Shown here: piece after piece, positions 13,020 to 24,908 of the stretch
How positions within the stretch are numbered: the first letter of the stretch is position 1
Layout: every line of letters starts with the position of its first letter
Source: Macrostomum lignano
Lineage: Eukaryota
Length of the DNA: 64,000 nucleotides
Assembly (NCBI GenBank): GCA_002269645.1
Contig: NIVC01002178.1
Location: 1-64,000 of the forward strand
Reading direction: 5' to 3'
Made by a program: the position numbers and the translations under genes
The notes under the pieces: generated by a model
What the model saw: only the letters and a program-made list of their open reading frames with translations
Databases searched by the model: none
What the model was told of the DNA's origin: nothing

Positions 13020-13407
13020 AAATGCAGATTGCAGGAAAGTTGTGATTTGCTTACTAATTTTGAACACAAGAGCAAGGTTACAGTTACTACAGACAAAGTT
13101 TAGGAAGTTCTGGCAATTCCTCTTTATCATTTTAGTTTGCTTTGTTATTAAGCATAACTTTGATTAGAATTGTTCAATAGCCTTGCCATCAGTTTATCCA
13201 GTACCTTTGGTGGTGTGGATACCAGACTTCAATTGGCAGCCAGCTGTGTGATCATAGTTATGAAATGTAGGCATAGCAAACTGAAGTCGCTTGTCTTGGT
13301 GAAAGTGTCTTGATAGCTTACAAGCCACATTGTAACTTATGACAGCTTTGCAGCTTGATAGAAGCCTACTCAAGAAGTTATAGACCATCAACTTTGCATA
13401 ATTAAGT
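13020..13407 (-). pseudogene. Decayed KDZ (Kyakuja-Dileera-Zisupton) transposase exon
   Basis: After the acceptor CCCTTTTAG the frame reads LNYAKL...VISYNVACKLSRHF...FAMPTFHNYDHTAGCQLKSGIHTTKGTG*TDGKAIEQF*SKL. This matches the KDZ series YDxAC, FHxxxH..CQ, GxGxTDGE..ERxWS. It has in-frame stops. Further decayed exon-like pieces lie at ~12200-12960. Confidence 0.75.
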
Positions 13408-13410
13408 CTA

Positions 13411-13783
13411 AAAGGGCAAGACATCAACTGTCTCCCAGCTGTCTTCAAAGCGCTGGACCTACTTGTTAACCATGGTTTTTGATAGTGCACATTCACCATA
13501 CATTGCTTGTACCTTGCAAAGAATTTCCACTTGTCGCCTCCCTTGCTTTCACAAAAAACCAAATAATGCTCTGCTTTTTACTTCTTTGTTATTCAGCATA
13601 GTGAAAAAATTAGTGTGTAACTAAAATCACTGCAAGAAGGAAATGCCTGGCTTAAACAAGACCACTCTTGCTTTAAAACATTCAGAATGTGATATTTATC
13701 TATGGTATAAAGTTTTGAGACAAAGTAGAATCAAAAAAGATATAATGCACGTTTAATTGCAGACTTTCTAAGTAACCCTCATA
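13411..13783 (-). mobile_element. Mariner transposon 5' fragment (left end plus N-terminal HTH), decayed
   Basis: TA|TGAGGGTTAC at 13783 resembles the mariner TA|CGAGGG end. ATG 13599 reads MLNNKEVKSRALFGFL*KQG...MYGECALSKTMVNK*VQRFEDSWETVDVLP, like mariner YGExALSxxTVxRWxxRF. Confidence 0.7.
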
Positions 13784-15065
13784 CCTAAAAATAAATTTTA
13801 TAATTCTTCTAATTTAATATAATGCTCAGTAGCTTTGCTTTTAAATGAGATAACTTTGTTTTACTTTAAAAAGTGCAATATTCAACATTTTCAAATGAAT
13901 TCATGCAAGTTTTTTAAACAAATTAAAGCTCTGCACACATAAACCTTTTGGAGTTGCACAAGTTTGCTAGTAATATACGCATAAATGCACAAGTTTTTGT
14001 CAGTGTATATGGAATGCAATTACATTTTTTTACAAAAATTCTATCTTGGCCCATAAGTCTTGACATCTTAAAACCCCCTTTTAACTTTTGAAATCTTAAC
14101 AATTCTCTTTATAAGTCTTAAAATCTTAGCTATCCTCTATGAACCTTAAATCTTAGCAATTCCTGCTATAAGCTTTAAACTTTTAGCAAATTCCATTGTC
14201 CATCAGCCTTGATATCTTTCAATTCTCTCTTGTAAGCCTTAGTTAAGGCTTAACATCTCAGTAAGCCTTAACAATAGTCATAGCATTGTAGTACCCTTAA
14301 GACTTAATATTATAACAATCCCAAATGAATCTTTTATGTTAAACATAAATTTTTTTGGCATGATGCTTCTTTTATGCTTTATATAGTGCTTCCTTTATGT
14401 TTGACATGATGCATCAATATTAATTTCAACAAAAATGCTTGACTTAAAAGCATTGAATACTTTATATTGATATTAAAAAATAGCCTGATAATCAGGAAAG
14501 TAGCCTTTTTCATGGAAAATTCCTGCATACTTCTGGTGTCCCAAATTTATTTAGACTTCTTGCTAAATTTAACAATATCAACTGTAGCAATAAAACAAAC
14601 CATCAGTCAGTGACGTAATCTCCTTGGCATTGAATAACAATGAATAACATTGAATTTATACAAGCATATCTAAAGGGTGTGTACAATTTTTTTAGTCTTT
14701 GATTTCAATTAACTATTTGTTTAAAAAGCTCTCTCTTTTGATTTGTTTTTTGGTCTTTTAGCTCTTAAATAAGGTTTTTTCTCTTTTTCTTGAAAAGTAG
14801 AATCATAGTATCAGGCTATCAAGTTTTAGTTGGCCAGAAAGTTTTTGTTTAGGGTAAAAAAGTAAAGAAATATTGCAAGACGCAACGCAATGTCTGGGCT
14901 GTAACATGGGGTGCAAAAACACCTTGTATTTTTGTTGATTCATTCTCACAGCCTATAATAAAGAGTTTTATTAATAATTGAAGTATGCAATGCAATGCAT
15001 TTGAAGAGCCACAAATTTGTATATTTGATTCTGAAAATATTTTTCCCCTTATTTAACAATTGCAG

Positions 15066-18000
15066 ACATCCACTGGCGCCATCTTGTCGGCTACGCGTGG
15101 TCGCGGCAAGAAGCGAGCCGCCCAGCTGTCATCAGCCTGTCAGGCAGCGCTGCCGCACCCGACCCTGCCAGCTACGGTGGCTGCAGCCGCCGTCGCTGCC
15201 GCTATCGACGCCGATGCCGAACTTGTTCACATCGACTCCAACGGAAGCTGTTTTGTCGCGCTGCTCTCCGACGCCGACACTCGCAATCTTGTTGGCGACA
15301 TTCTGCGCGACTTGGTCGACAAATCGGCGTCGACTGACCGACAGTCTTTGCCTCAGCCTCCGCCAGGCATCCTGGCCTGCGGAGTCTGGCGCGACGCTGA
15401 TGCAGACGCAGTGGTTGCCAGGTTCTTTCGCTGCAGCGGCGGCGGCGCCTCCTGCGTCGACTCTGGCTTGAAGCGGCGCGATCCCGACGCTTGGCTGCCC
15501 CTGCCCGACTGGCTGGCCGGCGTGCCGCGGCTCGCCTACCGCCTGGCCATCCCGGCCTGCCCGCCCGACCTGGCCGCCGCCCTGCTGGGTAGTCGGCGAG
15601 TCCGGCTGAAGCTGACCGGCTTCCGGGTTAGCGGCGACGCCAGTTTGGAATCTTCGCGGCACAGCGTGCAGGGCGTCAGCATTGCGGACACCGGCTGCGA
15701 TCTGCTCAGCCTGCTGCAGTGCTGGCCTGTCATTGTCGATCTCATCGAGCGCGTTGGACTGTCGAATGCTGACCCGGTGCCCTGGCCTGATGTCGACGGC
15801 GTCACCTGCAGGCTGTACATGTCATCTGACAACTGCTACTGTCTGCGGCTGCCGCACGGCCTGACCAACTCGGCCAAGCTCGGACAGCTGATGGCCGCTG
15901 CCTACGCTGGCCCTGTGCCGCCGGCCCTGGAGCCGAGTCTGCAGGCCTTCAGGCGGCGCCTCGCTCCCGGCCAGCTTTGCGTCTGCCGGCATCATCTGGC
16001 GCTCAGCCAAAACCCAGTGTCTCAAGGCTACCTGCGCTGCTTAGTGAAACTCCAGGCCTCAAGCGACTCAGACGTGGTCACCCTGACGCACGTGGACTCC
16101 GGTAGGACCATTCGGAATCGCCCGCCTTTTGGGGAAATTTTCCCGCCGCCGCTCCGCTCAGTCTGTCCGGAGTTCTACACCGCCCCCGCCAGCTCCGTGC
16201 CTTGCCTGGCTGTTGACGAGCCCGACCCGGCGTCTCTAGTCGGACAGAACTTTCTGGTGCATCGCGTGCTGTCATCGTCCTCCGCCGCTGAGCCGCCGCC
16301 GTGGCGCGTTCGCCTGTCAGCGGTCAGTCCGCGGCGTCCGCCGAACGCCGTTGCCGCTTCCGCGGACGCCTCTGCCGCCGCCGTCGCCGCAGCCGCCTCC
16401 GTCGCCGATTCAATGAGCGGCTACGCCAGGCAGATTCCGCTAGTAAATCGGGTTTCCGGCCGGGCCGCCTGTCGCCTGCTGCGCGCCGACCGCCTGCCCC
16501 GTCTGACTGTCCAGCTGGACGCTGACGCCAGTGCTGCCGTTGAACTGGCCGAGTGTTTGGCCAAAATTCCGGCTCCGGATTGCGGCACCAACTGTCCAGC
16601 GATTGGCCGGGACCATTACGCCAACGGTTCGCCCTGTCTGGCCTGGCATGATGGCGCCTGGCGCGCGGACTTGTGCGCCAGCGTCTCATCAGCAAGCGCC
16701 ATTGGCTGGTCCGCCTAGTCGATCTGGGCCTCACCGTGGCCGCTCCGCTGTCTCTGATGCGGCCGGCGCCAGCTAAACTGGTCAAACTGGCGCCTCCGCT
16801 GGCCTACAAGTGCTGCCTGGCCGGCGCTGTCCAGCGCTGTTCAGCTGCCCCGCTGAACAGCCTCGGACCGGCATTCGCGCTGTCGACCCTCGACCAGGAG
16901 TCTAGCTTGAGTAATTCGGCGCCGCCGCTGGTTGAGCTCTTTCTGCTGCCGGACGGTGTTCAGCCGGTCTTGCCGCTGCTCTCCCTCACCGGTCCGCGCT
17001 GCTCCAACAGCAGCAAGGCCGGGCTGAACAGTGCAGAGGAGCCGGATTTCGGCGATGTTTCTAGCCTGTTTGCCGACTACCTGCCAACCGCTGTACCGGC
17101 TGGCGACCTGCCAGACTCCGATCCCGACGCCCGACTGTATCCGGAGGGTCCAAATTGTTTCGCCGCCGCGGTGCAAGCCGTGGAGTGGACCGGACAGCCG
17201 GATGGCAGCGTGTCGCGCCTGTTTCTCAGCCTGCTGCCGGCGTCTCGGGCGGAAGCGGCCGACCGTCTTGGCTGGGCTCTGGCCGCGGCCATCGACGAGG
17301 ACGAAGCCTCCCGGACTGCCGAATTTGAGGCCCGGCTGGCGCTGGCCGAGGCTGAAACGGAAGCCCTGGCCGACTTGGCCGAAGAGGAGTCCGCGATGGT
17401 AGCGGAAGCTGAAGACGAAGCCAGAGTAGACGAAGTTGAAGCTCAAGAGGAAGCCGACTTTGATGAACTGGAGCGCGAGGAAGATGCAGAAGCAGACGCA
17501 ATGCTGGACGCCTTGGATGAGGCGGAAGCGGAACAGTTCGATGCGGAGCAGGAAGCTGAGGCGGATCGATTAGATGCGGATGAAGACATAGATGATGAGG
17601 CGACAGGAGATTTAATTGACGAGTGCGGAGCAGAAAGCGACGGAGAATGTGAGCCAGCTCGAGTCGGGGCTGAAAAGCAGACGACTGAGTTAGTTGACAA
17701 GCACAGGAATGGCCATGCTTCCATTAACGTCTCTGAAGGAGAAGAGAAAGCCGGGACCGATGCAGAAGAATCTGGAAATGATGCGGCTGAAGACGATGAA
17801 GCTGCCAGTGCTGAAGAAAATGTTGAAAGACGGGCGAAAGATTTCAGCGATGAATGTTTGGGTGCTGAGGAAGTTGGTTCCGAAGAGAATGCTCAAAGTT
17901 TGGGGGAAGCTGTAGTTGATGAGGAGGCTTGTGCTGAAGAGAGTGCTCAGGTTTCTGAGGAAGCTGTAGACTATGAGGAGTCAGATGCCAACGAGAATGC

Positions 18001-19704
18001 TCAGAGCTCGAAAAAAACTGCTGGAGAAGCTGAAGAGCTTGTTGCTGAAGAGAGTGCTCAGGTTTCTGAGGAAGCTGTAGACTATGAGGAGTCAGATGCC
18101 AACGAGAATGCTCAGAGCTCGAGAGAAACTGCTGGAGAAGATAAAGAGCTTGTTGCTGAAGAGAGTGCTCAGGTTTCTGAGGAAGCTGTAGACTATGAGG
18201 AGTCAGCTGCCAACGAGAATGCTCAGAGCTCGAGAGAAACTGCTGGAGAAGATAAAGAGCTTGTTGCTGAAGAGAGTGCTCAGGTTTCTGAGGAAGCTGT
18301 AGACTATGAGGAGTCAGCTGCCAACAAGAATGCTCAGAGCTCGAGAGAAACTGCTGGAGAAGATAAAGAGCTTGTTGCTGAAGAGAGTGATCGGGGTTCG
18401 GAGGAAGCTGGAGATGATCAGGAAGCTCTGATGAAGAAGGATGATCCAGCCGAGACCAATGGTAAAGAAGCTTCAGTTAAAGATGAAGCTGAGACTAATT
18501 GTGAAATCGGCTCTGCCGATGAAGGCTGGACTGATGGAGACAATGATAGCCCAGATGAAGTGTCTTTTGACTCTTTCGAAAGAAATCTGAGACAGATCAT
18601 CAAGTCGAAGCTGAAGAAGCTGAACAAATCCAAGAACTGGCGCCTCTGCCAGCGGAGAATCTTCAACGCGAGTGCCAAATCCAAGTTTGAATTCGAGACT
18701 AAAAGTGAAGCTGAAAGCGAACTTGCCGGAGATGAAGAAGTTAACCAGCCCGCTTCTGTTAGCCTCAGTGACCCAAATTCGAAGTCGGGGAGCTCTGTTC
18801 AGTTTGTGCGAGCCAGCGATCTCGCCCCGACGGCTGCAGCAGTGGATGAGCTCTGCCCCCTGCGCCCCGGCGACTTGTGCGTGGTCCGCTATCCAGCTGG
18901 TTCCGCGACGTGGCGCCGCGGCCAGGTGCTGCCGTGCAGGCCGGACCAGCCAGTCGGACAGGTGCGCCTCCTCCTTGTGGATGTCGGCATTGTCCGCCTG
19001 CTTCCGGCTGGCGATTGTCGCCGAGTCCGGCCGGAAATCGCTGCCCGGCCGCCACGGCTGCGGCCGCCAGCCTGGCCTGTCTTCTCGCCTGCCGACCCGG
19101 CCGCGAGTTCCGGCTGCCGCTGGCTCGGTACCGCCTGGCCGTGTCGCCGGTTGTCCGGTTCCGCCGCAGCTGCCGGCCATGCAGCGGCCCGCTGCACCGG
19201 GTGGCCGTCCACCCGGCCGCTCTGCAGGCCATCAGCCGGCCGGCTCGCACTGTGTACACCAGCCAGCAGCTGCTGCGTCTGGCCAACAGCTCGGCCGCTC
19301 AATCTCGTCCGCCGCCAGTCTATCCATCGACGTCGTCCGGTTTCGTCTGTCCGGCTGGCTCGGACGAATTCATCCATCCGAGGGCGGACGAGTTTGGCCG
19401 GCAGTTTGCCAGCTTGCGCAAGGCGGCCAGGCAGCTGCTGCAGCTGAACATTGGCGTCCAGCTGAGCCGGCCACAGCCGGCCGGCCGGACCTGCCTGTTG
19501 GGTCTTCGCAGCAACGGATTCGCTTTGGAGGCCTACAGGGTCCGCCTGATCACCGACTGGACTGCCGCTGCGCCGCTGCAGCTGCTGCTGATCGACCTCG
19601 GCTGCTCCGTGCAGCTGCGCGACTTTGGCAATTGGAGCCTCTTTGTATTGCCGCCGCACCTGGCCAGCCTGGCCCCCTGTCTGGCTGTGCAGCGTCCTCA
19701 GTAG
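15066..19704 (+). CDS. Multi-Tudor (about five extended Tudor domains) TDRD-like protein; one giant exon broken by two -1 frameshifts
   Basis: Tudor-like segments: ~15220-15555; ~15800-16215 (PGQLCVCRH..YLRCLV..THVDSG); ~16570-16830 (PCLAWHDGAW/RGLV..WLVRLVDLG, spanning the shift at 16662-16666); ~18850-19050 (PGDLCVVRY..WRRGQV..LLVDVG); ~19480-19700 (LLLIDLG). Acceptor TTGCAG| at 15065. Stop TAG at 19702-19704. Confidence 0.75.
17936..18390 (+). repeat. In-frame 111-bp (37-aa) coding tandem repeat, ~4 copies, within an acidic linker
   Basis: EESAQVSEEAVDYEES(D/A)ANENAQSS..TAGE..ELVA units start at 17936, 18047, 18158 and 18269, with a partial unit at 18380. Confidence 0.95.
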
Positions 19705-19822
19705 CCTACTGATAGTAGCATCATCAGGACATCCTACTGATAGTAGCATAATAAGGAAATCCTACTGATAGTAGCATAATAAGGAAATCCTACTGATAGT
19801 AGCAGCATCAGGACATCCTACT
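19705..19822. repeat. 28-bp tandem repeat x4, directly after the Tudor-gene stop
   Basis: CCTACTGATAGTAGCAT(C/A)AT(C/A)AGGA(C/A)AT with period 28. Confidence 0.9.
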
Positions 19823-20249
19823 TCGTTAGTTCGTTAGTTGTACTCAAGCTTGTTTTGTTTATTTTTTGTTTGAATACTTGTTCCTCCGTATTACAGACGG
19901 AAGCCGGTATGGCGGTGCTGCAGTTGCGCATTTTCTCGTATCTTATTAAGGTTGTGCTCCGCTTGTAATATTGATATTGTTTGTGCTTTGCCTCATTAGT
20001 CCTTACTCCCAAGCTTGTCAATAGAGTGTTTTAAGTGTCTGCCTGTTGTTTTTCTCCTCCGCTGATTTTATTATGCTTGTTTTTATCGCATTAGAAGCTG
20101 CATTTTCTTTAAACTCGCTTTTACCGGCAGTTTTTGGTTGTCTCTTGGTTTGAATTCGCAGGCCGGGTGCTTCGGCTGCTGAGCTGTCCAACTCTACAGT
20201 GTTTTTTAGAATCTCGATTTTCAAGGCGCACTAAAGCGCAGAATCCAGC

Positions 20250-22594
20250 TAAGAATCGCAATCCCAGAGGCTAAGAATCCCAAAGGCTAAGAATCCCAAA
20301 GGCTAAGAATCCCAAAGGCTAAGAATTCCAAAGGCTAGGAATCCCAAAGGCTAAGAATCCCAAAGGCTAAGAATCCCAGAGGCTAAGAATCCCAGAGGCT
20401 AAGAATCCCAAAGGCTAAGAATCCCAGAGGCTAAGAATCCCAAAGGCTAAGAATCCCAGAGGCTAAGAATCCCAAAGGCTAAGAATCCCAGAGGCTAAGA
20501 ATCCCAAAGGCTAAGAATCCCAGAGGCTAAGAATCTTAAAGGCTAAGAATCCCAAAGGCTAAGAATCCCAAAGGCTAAGAATCCCAAAGTCTAGGAATCC
20601 CAAAGTCTAAGAATCCCAGTCCCAAAGGCTAAGAATCCCAGACTAAGAATCCCAAAAGCTACGAATCCCAAAGGCTAAGAATCCCAAAGGCTAGGAATCC
20701 CAAAGGCTAGGAATCCCAAAGGCTAGGAATCCCAAAGGCTAAGAATCCCAAAGGCTAAGAATCCCAGAGGCTAAGAATCCCAGACTAAGAATCCCAAAAG
20801 CTACGAATCCCAAAGGCTAAGAATCCCAAAGGCTAGGAATCCCAAAGGCTAGGAATCCCAAAGGCTAGGAATCCCAAAGGCTAAGAATCCCAAAGGCTAA
20901 GAATCCCAGAGGCTAAGAATCCCAGAGGCTAAGAATCCCAGAGGCTAAGAATCCCAAAGGCTAAGAATCCCAAAGGCTAAGAATCCCAAAGGCTAAGAAT
21001 TCCAAAGGCTAGGAATCCCAAAGGCTAAGAATCCCAAAGGCTAAGAATCCCAGTGGCTAAGAATCCCAGAGGCTAAGAATCCCAAAGGCTACGAATCCCA
21101 AAGGCTAAGAATCCCAGAGGCTAATAATCCCAAAGGCTAAGAATCCCAGAGGCTAAGAATCCCAGAGGCTAAGAATCCCAAACGCTAAGAATTCTAATCC
21201 CGAAGACTAAGAATTCCTATCCCAAAGGCTAAGAATTCTAATCCCGAAGACTAAGAATTCCTATCCCAAAGGCTAAGAATCCCAAAGACTAAGAATCCCA
21301 GAGGCTAAGAATCCCAAAGGCTAAGAATCCCAAAGGCTAAGAATCCCAAAGGCTAAGAATTCCAAAGGCTAGGAATCCCAAAGGCTAAGAATCCCAAAGG
21401 CTAAGAATCCCAGTGGCTAAGAATCCCAGAGGCTAAGAATCCCAAAGGCTACGAATCCCAAAGGCTAAGAATCCCAGAGGCTAATAATCCCAAAGGCTAA
21501 GAATCCCAAAGGCTAAGAATCCCAGAGGCTAAGAATCCCAGAGGCTAAGAATCCCAAAGGCTAAGAATCCCAGAGGCTAAGAATCCCAAAGGCTAAGAAT
21601 CCCAGAGGCTAAGAATCCCAAAGGCTAAGAATCCCAGAGGCTAAGAATCCCAAAGGCTAAGAATCCCAGAGGCTAAGAATCTTAAAGGCTAAGAATCCCA
21701 AAGGCTAAGAATCCCAAAGGCTAAGAATCCCAAAGTCTAGGAATCCCAAAGTCTAAGAATCCCAGTCCCAAAGGCTAAGAATCCCAGACTAAGAATCCCA
21801 AAAGCTACGAATCCCAAAGGCTAAGAATCCCAAAGGCTAGGAATCCCAAAGGCTAGGAATCCCAAAGGCTAGGAATCCCAAAGGCTAAGAATCCCAAAGG
21901 CTAAGAATCCCAGAGGCTAAGAATCCCAGAGGCTAAGAATCCCAAAGGCTAAGAATCCCAGAGGCTAAGAATCCCAAAGGCTAAGAATCCCAGAGGCTAA
22001 GAATCCCAAAGACTAAGAATCCCAGAGGCTAAGAATCCCAAAGGCTAAGAATCCCAGAGGCTAAGAATCCCAAAGGCTAAGAATCCCAAAGGCTAGGAAT
22101 CCCAAAGTCTAGGAATCCCAATCCCAAAGGCTAGGAATCCCAAAGTCTAGGAATCCCAGTCCCAAAGGCTAAGAATCCCAGACTAAGAATCCCAAAGGCT
22201 ACGAACCCCATAGGCTAAGAATCCCAGACTAAGAATCCCAAAGGCTACGAACCCCATAGGCTAAGAATCCCAAAGGCTAAGAATCCCAAAGGCTACGAAC
22301 CCCATAGGCTAAGAATCCCAAAGGCTAAGAATCCCAAAGGCTAAGAATCCCGGAGGCTAGGAATCCCAAAGGCTAAGAATCCCAAAGGCTAAGAATCCCG
22401 GAGGCTAGGAATCCCAAAGGCTAAGAATCCCAAAGGCTAAGAATCCCGGAGGCTAGGAATCCCAAAGGCTAAGAATCCCAAAGGCTAAGAATCCAAAAGA
22501 CTAGGAATCCCAAGGCTAGGAATCCCAAAGTCTAAGAATCCCAGTCCCAAAGGCTAAGAATCCCAGGCTAAGAATCCCAATTCCAACGGCTAAG
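20250..22594. repeat. 16-bp satellite (AAGAATCCCAAAGGCT)n with higher-order duplications
   Basis: Continuous visible array; variant blocks recur (e.g. CTTAAAGGCT at ~20536 and ~21681). Confidence 0.97.
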
Positions 22595-23604
22595 TGCCTT
22601 AGAACCTAAATATTTAGAACCTTTATTCTCTAAAGGGTTCATAAATGTCTCATGTGCTTTTCAAACCTTGTCAAACCAAGGCCGGATCATAAGTGCACTT
22701 TGCTAATTTGCTACTTGGCTGCTCTGGTTTCTGCTTGTCGCGATTTTAAGCATTTTTTATAAAAGCTAAAAAGCTACAGTTTATATCATAAAATTTGAAG
22801 ATCTGTATTTCCCCGCTAGTCTGTTCAGCAGGTTATTTGTTTTAACTTTTGCAGTTAGTAAAAAAGTTAAACGCTCTCGGGTGTTTCGCGATGTTCTTTA
22901 TAAATATTAATATCGTCCCGACTTCAGTTCTGACTTGTTTTCAATTAAACAGAAAGTCAAGGGCAGGATCGACTGCGAGTATGCGAGTATTAGACAGTCG
23001 CCTTGAGGATTTTTTTGTCTTTGATTTCAGCGCTAGGCAGTGGCAATTTTCTCGTCTGCTAGTTGCGAGGCTAATGATTCAGTTTTGCTGGATGGCCCCG
23101 CCTTCCTATTTGAGTCTCGCAGCTGAGTTCTCAGCATCTTCTCGCACTCTTCCCTTGTCCCGTCTGTTTTGTCAGCCAGCCTCGTGCGTCCGTCGCATGA
23201 AATTAGCGACTGACGCATTGAGACATCGCGGACAGGCGTCCCAAGAGGTGGTGAGCGGCCTGTCGCGGCTCTTAGCGCGGCATGATGATAGACTGCTTGC
23301 TCAGCATGCCCGATATCTTACTTGCTTGCTGCGTAGATGAATGCCGCTCGCTCTGTCCATTTTTCACTGCCAGCGCTTCGGCTAATTGGCCGGGCGGGCA
23401 CTCAGGACTACTGGTCATTGAGTCAGTGGCATCTCTTGGTGCACTTCTGCGATGGAAGTAACACAAATACAGGTTGATTAGTTGATTACGCATCAAGTTC
23501 CTCAGTTTGCTGTTGCTTTGGCGGCTAATTTTATATAAAAAGCAGTGCACAATTTAAAGACTAAAGCTGTAAGATTCCGATTGTAATGAAGTTAAAATAC
23601 CAAT

Positions 23605-24908
23605 GTCTGTCTCCACCACAGTTATCTGAGGTCTGTCTCCACCACAGTCATCTGAGGTCAGTCTCCACCACAGTCATCTGAGGTCAGTCTCCACCACAAT
23701 CATCTGAGGTCAGTCTCAATCAGCCATCTGAGGTCAGTCTCAATCAGTCATCTGAGGTCAGTCTCAATCAGCCATCTGAGGTCTGTCTCCACCACAGTCA
23801 TCTGAGGTCTGTCTCCACCACATTCATCTGAGGTCTGTCTCAATCAGTCATCTGAGGTCAGTCTCCACCACAGTCATCTGAGGTCAGTCTCCACCACAGT
23901 CATCTGAGGTCTGTCTCCACCACAATCATCTGAGGTCAGTCTCCACCACAGTCATCTGAGGTCAGTCTCCACCACAATCATCTGAGGTCAGTCTCAATCA
24001 GCCATCTGAGGTCAGTCTCAATCAGCCATCTGAGGTCAGTCTCAATCAGTCATCTTAGGTCAGTCTCAATCAGCCATCTGAAGTCAGTCTCAACCACAAT
24101 CATCTGAGGTCAGTCTCCACCACAGTCATCTGAGGTCAGTCTCCACCACAATCATCTGAGGTCAGTCTCAATCAGCCATCTGAGGTCAGTCTCAATCAGC
24201 CATCTGAGGTCAGTCTCAATCAGTCATCTGAGGTTAGTCTCAATCAGCCATCTGAAGTCAGTCTCAACCACAATCATCTGAGGTCAGTCTCAATCAGCCA
24301 TCTGAAGTCAGTCTCAACCACAGTCATCTGAGGTCAGTCTCAACCACAATCATCTGAGGTCAGTCTCAATCAGTCATCTTAGGTCAGTCTCAATCAGTCA
24401 TCTAAGGTCGGTCTCAATCAGCCATCTGAGGTCAGTCTCAACCACAGTCATCTTAGGTCAGTCTCAATCAGCCATCTGAGGTCGGTCTCAATTACAGTCA
24501 TCTGAGGTCAGTCTCAATCAGTCATCTTAGGTCAGTCTCAACCACAGTCATCTGAGGTCAGTCTCAATCAGCCATCTGAGGTCAGTCTCAATCAGCCATC
24601 TGAGGTCAGTCTCAACCACAGTCATCTGAGGTCAGTCTCAATCAGTCATCTTAGGTCGGTCTCAATCAGCCATCTGAGGTCAGTCTCAACCACAGTCATC
24701 TTAGGTCAGTCTCAATCAGCCATCTGAGGTCGGTCTCAACCACAGTCATCTGAGGTCAGTCTCAATCAGTCATCTTAGGTCAGTCTCAACCACAGTCATC
24801 TGAGGTCAGTCTCAATCAGCCATCTGAGGTCAGTCTCAACCACAGTCATCTGAGGTCAGTCTCAATCAGCCATCTGAGGTCAGTCTCAACCACAGTCATC
24901 TGAGGTCA
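23605..24908. repeat. 24/26-bp satellite (CAGTCTCAATCAGCCATCTGAGGT / CAGTCTCCACCACAGTCATCTGAGGT)
   Basis: Visible tandem units; the 26-bp type dominates on the left and the 24-bp type on the right. Confidence 0.97.

Noticed and set aside
13194-13562. 122-aa minus-strand ORF as a real gene
   Set aside because: Chimeric read-through: an out-of-frame mariner fragment joined to a KDZ exon across a splice acceptor.
15132-19749. Many antisense and alternative-frame ORFs over the Tudor gene
   Set aside because: Shadow ORFs of GC-rich coding sequence; no motifs.
23272-23446. Possible third exon of the orphan minus-strand gene (acceptor CCATCGCAG)
   Set aside because: It needs a phase-2 donor in exon 2 and none is convincing; exon 2 ends in a stop.
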